DNA from: Glycera tridactyla
Taxonomy: Eukaryota
Length of the DNA: 64,000 bases
Direction: 5' to 3'
Assembly: GCA_965644265.1 (NCBI GenBank)
Contig: OZ286469.1
Span: forward strand, 25,916,001-25,980,000
Shown here: positions 1 to 14,700 of the stretch, one piece after another
Layout of the letters: every line of letters begins with the position of its first letter
How positions within the stretch are numbered: the first letter of the stretch is position 1
Translations under genes and position numbers: made by a program
Notes under the pieces: generated by a model
What the model was told of the DNA's origin: nothing
The model's database searches: none
The model's input: the letters and a program-made list of their open reading frames with translations, nothing else

Positions 1-536
1 TTTTAAGAGATGAACACATGCTTTCTCAAATGGCAACAGATCTGTCTATTACGAGTGTTAACTGAACATTGATTATAATCAATTAATCAGTTGAATTGAA
101 TCCTGGTTAATCTATTCCTGAAATAGGTACAGAATTGGTTGTAGCCAAACAAGCAATCCGATACCCAACCACTAGCTGTCACAGTAATGCTTGCATCTAC
201 AACATTTAGCCACATTTCCATATGAATCAGTGTTGATGTACACAGTTGAATGACAATTAGGAGGTTGTCCTCTATCGAATCATGCTGCCATTCTCCCATT
301 TAGCAACCCAATGCATGCTGACTGGGATATCAAACACTGAGATTTCAAAGGTTGGCCGTGTGTATGAGAGTCTCTGCCTGTATACATATAAAAGATCTAC
401 TACGGGGTTTTGCAGAGTAGGGATTGCCTTCAGCATTCTCAGTAATGTTCAGTCTGATATGACACGAGAAGGTTGAAAGGATGTTAAACTCAAACAAACA
501 ACAAACCGACTCCCATTCTGCTCATTCGTTTAACAG

Positions 537-564
537 GTGTGTTGAGAACGACACAATAGTCATG
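537..564 (+). CDS. Candidate micro-exon ending in ATG (possible start codon)
   Basis: ttcgtttaacag|gtgtgttgagaacgacacaatagtcATG|gtgagt. Phase-0 end joins exon 2619 to give MDGEVTLK, with a good Kozak context (gtcATGG). Confidence 0.45.
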
Positions 565-680
565 GTGAGTTAGAATGGACAGATAATGAACTAGTTGACT
601 GCCTGCCTGAGGCTCTGGTTGAGTTTTGGCCAGTAGTGATTGTCAAGGTCAAAGTTGGAGACCTCTTGCCAGTGCATCAA

Positions 681-832
681 TACAGTTAAAACTGTCTATA
701 CAGACCTTCAGTCATATCAAAAGTGGCTTGTACAGGCAGGTGGTCTTTATAGAGGTCAATTACCATCACAGCTCAGTCATAGCTCAGGGTGGCCTTTATA
801 GAGAGGTGGTCTTTCGAGCAGGCTCAGCTGTA
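681..832. mobile_element. TA-flanked MITE, family A (diverged)
   Basis: tacagttaaaactg...caggctcagctgta termini; internal aggtggtctttatagag motifs shared with 4220, 46225 and 51540. Confidence 0.75.
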
Positions 833-2618
833 CAGCGAAGCTTGTGAATGTGATCCCCAGATGAGAGACCTTCTCTGGTGGGAGACTCCTTATTCAGAGC
901 AGCTTTTCTCTTTTACATGTTCAAATACATCTTCCATAAGAGACCACAATTTGGTAACATTTTGGGTGCTCTCTCCTTGCAAGTTTCTCATTCCTGGATT
1001 CACTTAATGGAGTGAAGTATGTGAATCTGTCCATGTTATTGGCAACACAGATTTTTCGAGACCCTGGACACATACTAATTATTCAGTCTGTGATCACATG
1101 TAGGGGTCAGGAGGAAATCCCACTTCACTTGCCCAAAGGACAGCTGAGGAAAAGTTGATGTAGAACCCTGTGAACAGTTTGAGACATTGATTCCATTTTT
1201 TAGAGGAAATGCCTACATCCTATATGGTTTAAATGATGTATTCCAAATGGAAGTGCCTGAACTTTTGCCAATACCCAAACATTTGTGATGCTCTATTAGG
1301 ATGAAATTAAAGATTGGCAAACTTGGATGACAGTGGGACATTCTTTTATGATTCTTGATCACCCATAAATAATTTTTGTGTCCATTCAGCGTGAACTCTC
1401 AGTTAGAAAATACTGCAATGGTAATGAATGTCACCTGAGTGATATTGATAGTGGCCTTGAAATTCACAGATAAATCGTTTTCCTTGTGGCTGAAAACTGA
1501 TACAGAGTGTAGCATCTGCAAATATTGATACACAAGTTGATGAAAAAAAACTACTTCATCTAGTAAACAGGTTTGGACTCCTGCCACAGTAATTGTTTGG
1601 TCAGAAAGAAGTTACACTCCAGCTTAGCATCTTTTAACAATGATACAATGACAGTCTGGATTTTCTACTCTTGTAGGTTGACATCCAATTATTTTTCAGG
1701 TTGGTTAACTCAGACTGATGGACAGCCACAAAATATACACATCTGCCAGGATAGGTGTATCAAGTATATATCATGCCCTCCCCCCCCCCCCCTCCCCCCC
1801 CCCCCTTTAGAAAAGGCAGAAAAAATAACAAACAAAAAGAGAGAAAGAGAAAAAGTCTCCCCCCCCCCCAGAAAATCCCAACCTTACGCATTGGATGATG
1901 AAGATAGCAGACAAATAGTGTATGTCACTGGGGGGGGGGGGGGGGGGGGGGGTGTTCTATTGGAAATCTTCACCAATTTATGAGAGAGCTGATGCCAAGA
2001 CACACATACACACACTGGCAATCTCTCTTAATATTCTCCAATATACAAGGTGTAGGTACTGGTGGGATAGACCAGCCATGCTACTCCTGCCAAGTTTATT
2101 AGTTCAACCTGGAGGGTCTGTGCTATCATATATCCAGCTTTTTGCCCCTGGTGTGAGTATGGGCTGTGATGTCCTGGATCTTGGCAGAAACACATGAGAG
2201 GCCAGTGCAAGTCAATATGTGGAAAAAACATTGGTTGAGGATGTTGAAGAGTAGAAACCAGGGACTTTATGTGAGAACCCTGCTTGACAACCTTTGTGAA
2301 CCTGCCTTCATTGAAATTCTACAGATCAGGATGATCAAAATCATGACCAGGTCTTTATTTATGGTGTATTATGACCAATAAAATACAAAAATTTTACAGC
2401 CATCAATACTGCATCACTGGAAATTGATACACCATCAATGTTGCATGTTGTCTCGGCGATCACAATTATGTGATTGTTCACATGTCATGTGACAAGTACT
2501 TCAGTTTACATGATATTTGGCTGGAATCAGTGCTGTTAGCGATCCTGAATGGATAAGGTGGATTTGAAAATTTATATTTTCAAAATATTTCAGGTTGTAT
2601 GTTATTTGTGTGTTGCAG

Positions 2619-2715
2619 GATGGTGAAGTGACCTTGAAAGACAAGATTCGCACCTCGGGCAAAGCCATCCAAGTGAGCATCGGTGGTACTTTGACAATCA
2701 AGGAAATCACCCCAG
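2619..2715 (+). CDS. Exon: DGEVTLKDKIRTSGKAIQVSIGGTLTIKEITP
   Basis: tgttgcag| ... cccag|gtgag; 97 nt, phase 0 to 1, matches the next exon. Confidence 0.7.
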
Positions 2716-5700
2716 GTGAGATCTGCAACTCAAGTTGGTAACCTGTGTGTGTTTTTTTTTTTGGGGGGGGGGGGACTCAATATGCCCCCCCCCCCCCCAC
2801 CCAGCCTCATGAAATTCCTCCCATACTGATGTCACATCTGTACAAAAGCTTCGGTGTTCAGAGATTTTCAGAAAATTCAATTCTATAAAATTATGATAAA
2901 TGTTGTGGGATTGAATCCTACCTGCTCACATTCAACATATGGCAGCAAATGGAGGTCTATTGGGGGACAAGCTAGCTCTTCAAAATATGAAAAAAAAATA
3001 GTCCTTTCGAGATAAGTGTTTCCTGGTCACAGGTATATATACACGGAGAAATTACTTGTATATATACAAGTATTCTTGAAAATATGCTCACCCATCACAG
3101 GCAATTGCTGTTCATTCCAAAGTACAGTTGAACCTGTCTATGATGACTGCCTTTGGTCACACCAGAAAGTGGCCCTTAGAGCAGGTTTGACTGTTCTGTG
3201 AATCAGTACCAACAGGGGAGAGGAAGAGGGGGGGGGGGGGGGTATTGTCCAGTATCAGGCATTCTGATTTCAGCTGAAATGTCGAACTTTGGGGTGAGTC
3301 CATTCAGTGGAGCCCATCAGAGATTAGTGAAATGAAACACTATCTGATTATTGTAATTTTCAGTCTTTTATCAACTTTAATCAACATCATTAGTTCTGGT
3401 AAAATTACAACTGTTGACTGCTTATACACAACTGCTCATTGTGCCACTAAACTCATAGATTCTATCGTGTAAACTGTACTCTAATTTTTCTTGATTCAAT
3501 AGAAATATTAGGTGGCAGATGCAGTGTAATTAATATGATTATTCTGTGTTTTGAACTTATGCAGAGTTTATAGACAGTGGAGGTAAGCACAGATTAGATT
3601 AAGTTCTCAATTATATTGCACCAATAAACATCAATTTCTACACTTTTTTTCTAATTATGAAATGTATTCTTCTGTCACATTTTGCTTTCTGTCTTCATTT
3701 GTAAGTGCATGCTATGTCAAGATTATTCAGGGTCTGCCCATGTCTATTGGTATAGGGAGGGTCCAGAAAAGTCATACCCAAAATGTTCATTTCTTTGAAT
3801 AATGATGAATATATATCAATCCACATGTGCACAGTTAGTTGTATAGAAGGACAGAGAGAACATTTTACCCAACGCTTTTATTATGGCCCACATAGCTATA
3901 TGGTCCATCGAGCAGGAGTGTTGATCAGATGCCAGATGTCTGTCCTGGATTTTATTGGGTGTTTTCTATTCGTCCCCAGGTATACATGATATCAAATGCT
4001 GACTCTATGTCAGTTATAGTTCTATTACCAGTTCAATCAGTAGGGATTGAGGTATCTGTTCATATTGGTGGTCTTGTATAAGGTAACCATAATGTATATC
4101 AGTCTGGATTTTCATTGTTTTTTTATTTTTTATTTTTTACCCTGATACTTATTATATCCAAAGCCTTTTCGAAGTCAATTAAAATGCTGTGAACTGTCTA
4201 ATTTGTACAGTTTAGGTACTACAGTCGAACCTCTCTATAAAGACCGCCTTTGGTTGCATCAAAATGGGGTCTTTAGAGGGAGGTGGTCTTTATAGAGAGG
4301 TCATTTACTATTGAAAATACTGCCACGGTCGCAACTCAGGGTGGTCTTTATAGGGAGGTGGTCTTTATAGAGAGGTGGTCTTTAGAGGAGGTTCGACTGT
4401 ATTTCATATTGGTGGTTTTGTATGAGATAAGCATGGCTTGTCTTAGTCTGTCCAGGATTATATTGGTGTATTTCATTGATTCCCTGGTATGTATGGAATC
4501 AGAAGCCCTAATTAAAGTCAGTTGAAGTGCTTTTACCTATTTAAAGAGTAAAGCACATTTTGTATTGGTGGTCTTGGATTTCATTTGCTTTTTCATTCCT
4601 GGTACCGGATGTCCTCTTGATGTCTAAAATCTCTTTCAGGTCAGATTGATTTTGTCAGACTCCTCATAGCAAATATATTTCAGTGACACCTGTGACAAGA
4701 GACTGCCCTAAATTTCAACCAGAGTGGTCTCTCAAAAGAGAAGGTCTCTTATAGGAGGTATATTTGAATACCTCTGAAAAATCAGTCTCAACTCAGAGAT
4801 GGTATCTTGTCAGGGGTGTCCTGTCTTGCTCGAATGTCGGGTGTAGGCCCAGTCATAGACTGCTGTAGAAAGATTATCAAATACATCTCAGCAATATGAG
4901 ATGAAAACATGATTTTTACTTCTCAGATTCACCTTATGAAGTCATTCCATTGATCATGTTGAGGAATCATGATTTAAGAAATTCTGGTATGATATGATCT
5001 AAATTAATGCCTGATCTTCACAACATTCACCATCAAAGATTCTTTAATCTTCATATTTTCCGATTACATTATTTTCATTGGTGACAGTATCAAATTCACA
5101 AGTGAACAATACATACATTACTAGAGAAACTAGTCATATGACTATTGTTGGCTACCACCAAGGTCTAGTTCCAGTTGTCATACCACATATGTATATGGAT
5201 ATCATCTGCACATTTGTTCCATCCAAGTGTTCTGCCAACTAATCTTTGAGCTTGATACAGGCTGACATCATTGTCTCATGCCATATGATTTGTGGAGATA
5301 TCTATGGAATTGAATAAGATGAGAATTAGGTTAGTGCGAGGTGGAAAGAACCGATACAGATGGATAGAAGGAGCATAGGAAAGAGACCAACTATGATGGA
5401 TGAGTGGAAGAGGGAAGTGATGAGGCAGAGAAAGAAAGAAAGAGAGAAAAGAAGAGCGGAAGATCATGTTATTGTCTTTATCATTGTAATAGTTTGCTAG
5501 GATCGCCAAGTATCTCTAATATTAGGTATACCAATCCTACAATATCTCCCACTCTCTCATCTTTTATCTGTTCTGACAAATTGACTTGTTGCCAACTTAT
5601 ATCTTCAACAATCCATATGAATTGCTCTTCATCTGAGCCAGTTTGGTCACATCGGGGTCATTTGTCTTGTGATGGGTATTTGTGGTGGGCGTCTCTAGCT

Positions 5701-8700
5701 CATGAAATTTCTGATGGTTGGACTTCTTCGGACTTTCCAATTTTGTAAGATGAGCCTGTCTGTTATTTTCCTGAAAGGTATGAATTTCTGATATTTCTTT
5801 GTTGTCATGCCATGGTTATCACATTTGTATTTATTCATCCAATTGATTAGTGTTGAATGATGAGGAATCAGCTTCAGTTATCAATTATCAATATCTGGAG
5901 ATGTAGTTTGTTTGGTCACATTAACTGTGTAACTAGTTTATGAAGACCAACCTTGGTCATGTAAATAAGTGGCCTTAGTAGACAAGTTGCCTCAGTATAA
6001 ACACTGTTTAGGTAATTGATAAGGTGGCCTTATTAGGTGGTGGTCTTCATGTGGAGGTGATCTCTTGGGCAGATTCTGTTGTATTCCTGTATTTTGCACA
6101 TATAGTGGATGAAGAAAGTCTGTAAGAATATCCATAGGATGAAGGGAAATTGTACGACATGACAGATATGAAATCATAATTTAGGATCATGTGCACCTCT
6201 TATGCATGATTTTGCACTTTATGGTAAGAAATATCACACTCATCCACAAGTCAGTACACTCCAAACGAAATGTATGAGAATGACATTGAAAATGCTGAAA
6301 TGAACCATGCTTCAGTTTCATGTGAGTTGGCTGATGCATTTGGTTAGTTGTTTATTTATTCTCATCTGGATCCTCACAACTTGAAACATATCATTTTAAG
6401 TAGCCTATGTCAATCTTGGTGATTCTCACATCATATATTGTGTGTTACATCCTTGTAATAGCCTACAAGATATTGTGAGATTGTTTGCTGCTTATTCAAG
6501 AAGAGAATGCAAGCCCAGGCTCAAAGCTTGATAATTTTATTTCTCTCTTTGCATTCATTGCTTCTTTTTCTGGTCAATGGTTGATGACCATCTTAGTAGC
6601 TTTGATTGCTGACTGCTTGATGGACAATGTAGGATACATATAAGCAGTTCCTTACTTTATGGAATGCTGCAGATCATGAAGCCCAAAGCAGAAGGAACAT
6701 CTCACAATATCCTAGTATGTGCTGAACTGGTCTTGGGTGTACCACATGTGATTATTCTTCGGTGGTACCTCTGCACCCTTTCATTCTTATATTGTCTGAT
6801 ATTTCAGAGATTCTATGACCCTCCTTTTGAGAAGATTTCATTAGGATATCTTTAGCACTATGTTTGATACATCAATCGTCAAACGAGTTGGAATTTACTT
6901 CATATCTATACAATGTTTAGGTGCTGTTAAACTATTATACTCCTTGACTTGATCACATTGCAAGATACTGTCGAGCACATGCAGTGTTATGATGTTGTGA
7001 TTGTCTGGCCCACATTGCCCTGCAAGGTGTACTGGATCAAGAAACCTTCATTCATGGGAACACAGGTTACGATTGAGATTATGGCACTCTTGTCAGAAAA
7101 AGTCAAGATGTCAATCCATTAATATAAATTCAGATCTGACGATCTGGTTCATGACTCATAACAGATATCAAGAGCAAGAGGCATGTGCATTTGAACGAAA
7201 AATCTCATTTTTGTCTTGGACACCTGATGAAGGGCACCTGCAAATAGCACTCCCTGTCAACCAGGTTCATATAGAATCATCCAGGTGAAGAACAATTCAA
7301 TATTGCAGACCCTCTCATCATTGCTAACACCAGTAAATGAAATTACAAGGCAAGATTCATGGCTGATGAGATGTTTTTGTGATTGTCAGTGCAACTCTTT
7401 GAATAATCTGACTGACCACCATTGGGGACATCCCCAAACAGTCAGTTTTGATGGCAATTCTGGTGAATTATGTTGTTATAGTTGTAATATAAATACTAGG
7501 CTTTGAATGTTTGGGGACTGACCTTGGGGATGCCTTGATACAGATTTGATTCTGTTGGCATGAAGAGGCAGAGGAAAAGGGCGATGTTTAATTTGGCAGG
7601 TGTACCTATTCTGCAGAATGCTACTTTTTTTCTCGGACTCCACCCTGGAACAGCTAGTGTCAGCAAAGTATGTGCTGTGGTCGATTATTGAGACCAGGGT
7701 GAACCGTGGTTGAAAATGAATTTTGTTTTTTCTTCCTCTCCACCAGAATTGAAACAAGCCCTGTTGAATCTCGGTGCTCGCCACCCAGATGCCTACGCAG
7801 AGTTTGTACACAGTCTGCAGTCATCCAGCGACCCCATGTACGTCCAGCGCACACGCCACACCACCGCCGTTGTGCTGCAGAAGCACCAGGAGCCCGTCAT
7901 CGAGCCCACTCTGGTGGCCGATATCAGGGCACCACGGGAGCTTGTGCAGGTAAAAGAGAAGCGGCCGGAGGTGACCGAAAATAAAGTCACTCTGATTGGC
8001 CGGCTGGTGTCTGTTTTGCCGCATGATGACCTCTTGCTTGAGCATGACCTTCGTAGCACTAATGCCATGGTAAGCAGCACTGCAACTAACTTCAGTTGAT
8101 TATATATTTTGATGTCTTATATGTGTTTTGTTATTTGATTTTGGGTCAAAGATAAAGTTGTCATCCAAAAATTTGGCGAACATTTATTCCTTATGCTTGA
8201 ACGAAATCCACTTTAAAGATCATATTTGAACAATGGTTGATCATTTTGGGTTGTGTTCCCAATACATGAATAATATTTTGACTTACTTTTGATGGTTTTG
8301 ATCCAAAGTTGGTCAGGTTATTGGCCATGCATTGGGATGATTCTGTATGGTTCCAGCATTGCCATCTATGGGGATATTCTACAGCCAAGTGTGGCTAGAG
8401 GACTGACTACCTGACTGAAGAAATTCATGATCCTGGCCTTAATACAATCGGGAGGGTTCTGGAAGGATAAGCTGTTCTATGCATGTTATTTTATATTTAT
8501 CAATTTATCAGTTCGATTTGCTGAGATGCTATGCTTATTTACCATATTATGCCTAATAAAATGGTCAACTAATCACCAACTATTTTTGATGTTGGGTTGA
8601 AATGAATTTTGCTACCACTCATTGATTGCAAATATTGATGATTGATGTGATCGCAGCTTTTGTAATACACATAATTCTTTCTGGACTGTGAGCATCCATA

Positions 8701-11700
8701 TTGATGATTGATGTGATCGCAGCTTTTGTAATACACATAATTCTTTCTGGACTGTGAGCATCCAGAGGAGAGCTTTGATTGCTGACTTATTATGTTCTTA
8801 TACCAGAGATATTGTGCATTTGACAGATCCTTGTAATGATGCTGGCCATCTCAAATAGCTGACATGATGGCATGAGTGACCAATGCTGCTCATCAGAGTC
8901 ACTCACAAAGTGCATTTGCAAAGTGAACCTGATGTTCAACTACAAAATCTTTTAAGAGAATGGACCATTCTTGAGGTCATGTTTTTTGAGAAATTTCGCT
9001 CAATCCTTAGATGGATTAGCTTAACAATTGTGAGAATTTTACATTGCTATGAACTCTGTTTGGTCAATCTTGTTTCAATGCAGCCATGAAGAATTTATAT
9101 TGGATGTCAATAGTCAAAGGGCTCATGGACAGATTTGTCAACAACTATCCTACACAAATCAAGACATGAGTGAATCGGATAAATTTCTGAACAATAATAA
9201 AAAGCAGACATCCATACATTCAGAATTTTAAATCACCAAGGATGAGGTCTGGTGCATTTATTATGGATAATATGGTAATTTGTTTACTACACATTACAGG
9301 TGCAAACACTTATCGTTTGGTTGGGGGGGGGGGGGGTGCCTGTTTAGGGGAGGGATGATGATATTGTAATGATTCATTATCAAGTTATCCTTATCACAAC
9401 CACTTTGAGATATATCTATCCATATATTTATAATCCCTAACCTTTAATGCTTTCAGATAGCATACACCTGTAACAGCCTTTGCAGTATTTTCAAATAGAT
9501 CCACTCTTTCAGACAGCCCAGCATTCTCTTGCTATCATCAGTACCCCTATAAGGATATCGAGTACTTTCTCATGAAAAAAAAATGAGAGAGTGGAATCAC
9601 AACATTTTTCATTCTGGAAGATTTGGGGATCATATTTTTCGACCGGTGTAGAAAAATTTGAACTTTTTCAGGTACGAGTCTTGACAGTATTGAATTCTTT
9701 CAAAAAATTAAAAAAATATTTGGTGTTTTTGTTTTGTTTATCTTCATGAATTGTGAGCTTGCTGTCTGGTAGAGTGAGTGCAAAATTAATGTTGCAGCTA
9801 ATTGTCCAGTAGTATTACCTGCTGAAGTGAGCTGTTCTAACTTGAAAACAGTTTTAAAGCCATTATTCCGCAGATTAGATTCTAACGATAATCCAAAGAA
9901 ATCACAAGCTCCAACATTCCTGTTAATCCCCATATAGAGTTGCATTGCCTTCAGAGAGTGACACTGACAGGGAAGGTCATGTTTATAATGAAATTATTAT
10001 CATTCTGGTGGCAGAGTGGAAACTGATTCATTGTCCAAGCTGTCGTGAGCCAGCTACTGTGTCCGATTTCTGATACAGAGAAATGGACATCCATATCACT
10101 CAATGTATTGAGGTATAGATGTCCTGTGAAATATGCAGTAAATGCTGGAATTGATGGAACAATGATATCTTTGAAGACTCGCTTCCTATAAAGATATCAG
10201 AATTCATTTGGACAATATCTTGTTCCTCAATATATTTGACACGGAGATTTCAATGCCAAAAGTTTTGATTGAACAAATGCGTACATTTCGATCTGTGTGT
10301 GAAGATTGAGGGGATGCCATAGTTTGAATTCTGTTCGCATGATGATATCCTGCAGCAACAAAATCTGAGCCTGCCAATTGGCCAATATTATTGCTGATGC
10401 AATAGCATTTCTAGTTTATGATCACACTAGAGTGGGCATGAATTGGTCGATCCGTAGTTTTTATTGAATATATTTGTTTTTTCTGGCACTTCGGTGCATT
10501 TGAAAAACTGAATATTCAGTTCAGGGAACATTTGCTATATTAAGTGTGTCAAAAATTGTTGGTAATTCTGTTCCCATCATGAAACATTAGCAAATATTTG
10601 CTGCAACTGATGGCAGCCGAAGTCTGAAAATCTTGAGGCTATTAGGTATTCTTCAGTGACCTTTGGGATTATTGAATGATTCAGTTAATTATTCCTGTAT
10701 TTGGGATAGACAATAACTGGGTTTGTTGAAAGGAATGAGTTCATTCAGTTTGTGACCTTTGCATGACTTCTCTATGCATGTTGCTTGCACCTTAGTCCCC
10801 GCATGGAAAGCAGCCTCCCTCCTTGGCAACTGTGGGTGAAGCTGAAGAAGTTGATGAAGAAAAGATCACGCCAGTCGATAAGGTAATTTATGCACGAGAC
10901 TGAATGGTTGTAGATCACCGGAGAATCTGGACCAGTCTTACTCTCCTTGCTTGTTATTATATCTTGCATATCACTTGTTGCTGGCCCACCAGGCTATTTC
11001 TAGCCTTTATTCCAACCTCATATCAATGAAATATGAAATGAGCTATTACAAATAGTTTTGCAAAAATAGAGTGCATTTGTATCATGTGCTCTTCCCAGAC
11101 TGCAACAGAACGCAGGTGTGCACCAGAAATAAGGCTCATTATTCTCACTAAATGGGTCCTGATATGTATAGGCAATCTGTGTGGATTATGTATATGTTAT
11201 CAGTTTGATTGGTTTAGTTTTATACTTTTGTTTTCAATCTGCCCAGAGGTACTGATTTGAAAGGGAATATGGACTTTATCAAATTGTCAGTTGAAAGATG
11301 GTAGCTGAGAAGATCATATCATGTCAGTGCACGTCATAAAAGGAAGTTCAAATGCTGAGTTACAAAATGGCATTCGTTTTTAGAATAAGTGGATTATACA
11401 ATATTGTGTTCATGAATAGTGGAATATGAATTCTGCAAGATGGCCAGAATTGATGTATTACTTTTCCGTTGCAGAAGGGAGAGAGACAGGAACTCGAACC
11501 AATGTCTGAAGATCCATTGTGGAGAACTGTTGAAGCGAAGAAAGGCATTCCTGAATTCAAGCTGGGAGAGGAATCCTACTGGGCCAATATCGAGAGAACA
11601 TCAGGTGACCTCGATGAAATGACATTGAGCATTACATTCCCCGAGGAGGAGCTGACGGACGGCAGCGGTCCACCAAGTGACAGTGACGGAGCTCCACCTC

Positions 11701-14700
11701 CCCCGCTCCCTGTCAGCCTTCCTCCCGGTGCAAAACGAGATGCTCGTAGCCCGAGTAACGACTCGTTCTATCTTCCCAGCCATCGTGGTGGTGATGATGA
11801 AGGTGCTTGCAGTGCTGACGAAGCTTCAGAAATCGTCGACGAAGAAGCACCAAAGAATCTCAGAGCCCGATCCGTGGATCGTGACGTAGAATTCACCGAT
11901 TTGGCACCACTTGGAACATCACCGCAGGTGCGGAACCGTAAGAAGAATACCAGCTTCACGGGATCATTGGACAGCATTCCAGACAGTGGCTTGAGTACAC
12001 TACACCAGTCTCAATCTGAGATGCTCCACGAGAAGATCTCTGAGCTTGAACGCCAGATTAAGGTGAGAGTTTGTAGCCTACTTGCTATGAAGAATATACA
12101 TGTACGCATTGTTATGAGAAATGGTATTGTATCTTGTCAAATTGTGTGACAGTAGGAGGAAAGTCAGAACTTCAGGTTATCATTGTTGTTCGTGGATCAT
12201 CAGACCGGGAAAAAATCCCAGTGTTCAGAATGACGGACCTCTACTAGCTGTTGACCCTCTTTCCCTTTCCCTCCCTCTAACAATCCTCACCCTCGCTTCA
12301 TCTACCTCCCTTTCTCCATACTCTCTCCATCCCTCGCTCTTCATTCCCTCTTCCCGGGCTCTTCTCTCTGTCTCTTTCTGCATCTCTCTCTGTCTGTCTG
12401 TCAGTTCGTCTGGCCATCTGTCTCTCTCCTCTTTATTTTCTCTCTCTCCCTCATGCCAAAATTGGGTGTTTGATCAGGCAATAGGTTTTCAGTCATGATG
12501 ATTCATGTGTCTTCTTGCAGGCAAGAGACAAAGAACTCGAACTGGCCAGAATCAATCAACGCGAGATGGAGAAGAAACTCAAGGATTCAGCTCGTGAAAC
12601 GATGATGATTGCCAACAAGGTGAGCACTGATGATATTTGATGAATAAAAAAAGAGATAATGCATGGATTAACCTACTTTAGAGAGTACATTGTTGAGTTT
12701 GTACTAATACATTGCATCTTGAAAGCTGTCTGTGTTTCTTATAGTTAAACTCCTGAATCCTCTCATACAATGGCCATTATTTTCAGAAAGCTGAAAAAAA
12801 CTTCATTAGAATCACCTGTGAGAATGGCTCATATTGAGAGAATTGATCCAAAGGTATGATGAACTTTTGATGAATTGTTTCATACCAAATGGATGTCATG
12901 ATCATTGGAATGATAGACAATTTGTCATCAGTTCAATAAGTGAGCAGTCATTCAGGCTCATTCCCTGCCTGATTTATTACTGATGCATAGTGACTGCCAC
13001 TTCGTGGATGCCATGATTGTCATAAAAACCAGCACAGGTGCATGGTTACAATAATTATCTATCATAGGTTCAGTTCCTTTAGGAACTAGACCAAGAGATA
13101 ATGCGCAATGTTATGTTACGACATCTTGTACATTATCATGTAATACATTTTATCGTATGAGAGAACTTTGTCTTTCTGACAAAGTCATATATCAAATCAT
13201 TGTATCACATAATACTCAACTTTTATTGGATGTATTGTAATTTATACTGTTAATGCATATCTAGAATATCTATCACTCTCTATCTTGTTTCAACTATGAA
13301 TCATGTTACTCTAGAGGTTCAACCAATCTTGAACTTTGAATGGTCATGACTAACTTATACCCACGTCAGAGTGTATACAATCGTGTATAATGCAATTGGC
13401 ATGTTTGCAGTTATACATTCGTGAGCGTGAGCTAAGCCATGAGCAGAGGTTCACTGCTCTTTTGGAAGACCAGATAGAGCACCTCAAATGGAGAAAGGTT
13501 ATTTCAATACATGCTTTACTTCCATGATTTTGGCTCATGGTACTTATAATTGGAGGTTCCCACACTTCACAAGTCTTCAACTCTTTTTCTGTACTTGCAT
13601 ATGTTTTTGAAAGATCTTCTCTCCAGCTGATTATCCAAATTCTTCTTCCCTATAGAAATGCAGAAGAGGGGTTGTGCAAAATGACATGACCAGCTTCTGC
13701 TGCACGTAACCCATACAAGACTCAAGTGTGATTCTGTGAAATTAGATAGCCTCAAGCAAAGTTTGAATGAACATGTATGAAGATATTCATTCCTCTCAGT
13801 AATTCCCAGTCAGGTGTCTGAATTCGGTCAGAGATGTTTTTCGAAGTTTCTTTTCTGATGTAAGTATATCAGATTTGATACTTGTATTTTAACATTCTCT
13901 CTAACTCTTGTTTTGGCAAACAAAAGATTATCCAGTGGGGAAAACAAAATTAGAGTCAGTGAGTTCCTGATTTTTATGCCAGCATTTTTAACGAGTGAAG
14001 TGTGGGAAGCTTACATTTTCAATCAGATTGATCTCCTGGTTTTGATCTCAAATATGATTCATCTACCTTCTATTGATCCCTTTCCAATTGTGACAATTCA
14101 ATCTATACCTTCTTCTATCTGCAATCAACTCCCCTTTTTTGAGTGATCAACTTCCATGCTTACCAAATTTGCTGTATTTGCATACTTTATCGCAGCAGTA
14201 GATGTGGTATACACTTTTCTCTTAGTTTCAGTATTCTTACTGTTATGTAAGTCAGATTTATTGTGTCTAGGTAGTTGTAAGGTTTTGTGCCATGAGTCAA
14301 TAGATGTTCCTTTCTAGATTTCCTGAGAGACCACATTTAATGCAGAGTATTACTGGACTGAAGACATTCATGGTTGTTAACCTATTGACATTATTTGTTT
14401 CATCCATAGAAAGTTCGCTTCCATTAAACTGGTTTGTAATTTTAGTATGCTATATTTTCCATGAAGTACACCATTCATTTTGCCACTGAAGATGGCTGAC
14501 ACCTTGTTTTTTTCACCGTCATGAGAACAGATTGCAGTGGATGCACGAGGCCTCGATGGCATAGAATTATTCATTCCGATTGCAATGTTTGCCAATGTTT
14601 TCATTTTTTGGACTTAATAATATACATAGAAGATATAATTGAAATATGAAATTGTATATATAATTATAAACCTCCATCCTTCGTTATCTCAATTGCAACC

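Noticed and set aside
2056-2153. Possible exon ending ggt|gtgagt in phase 0 before exon 2619
   Set aside because: Weak acceptor and unconvincing peptide; 537-564 is a better candidate
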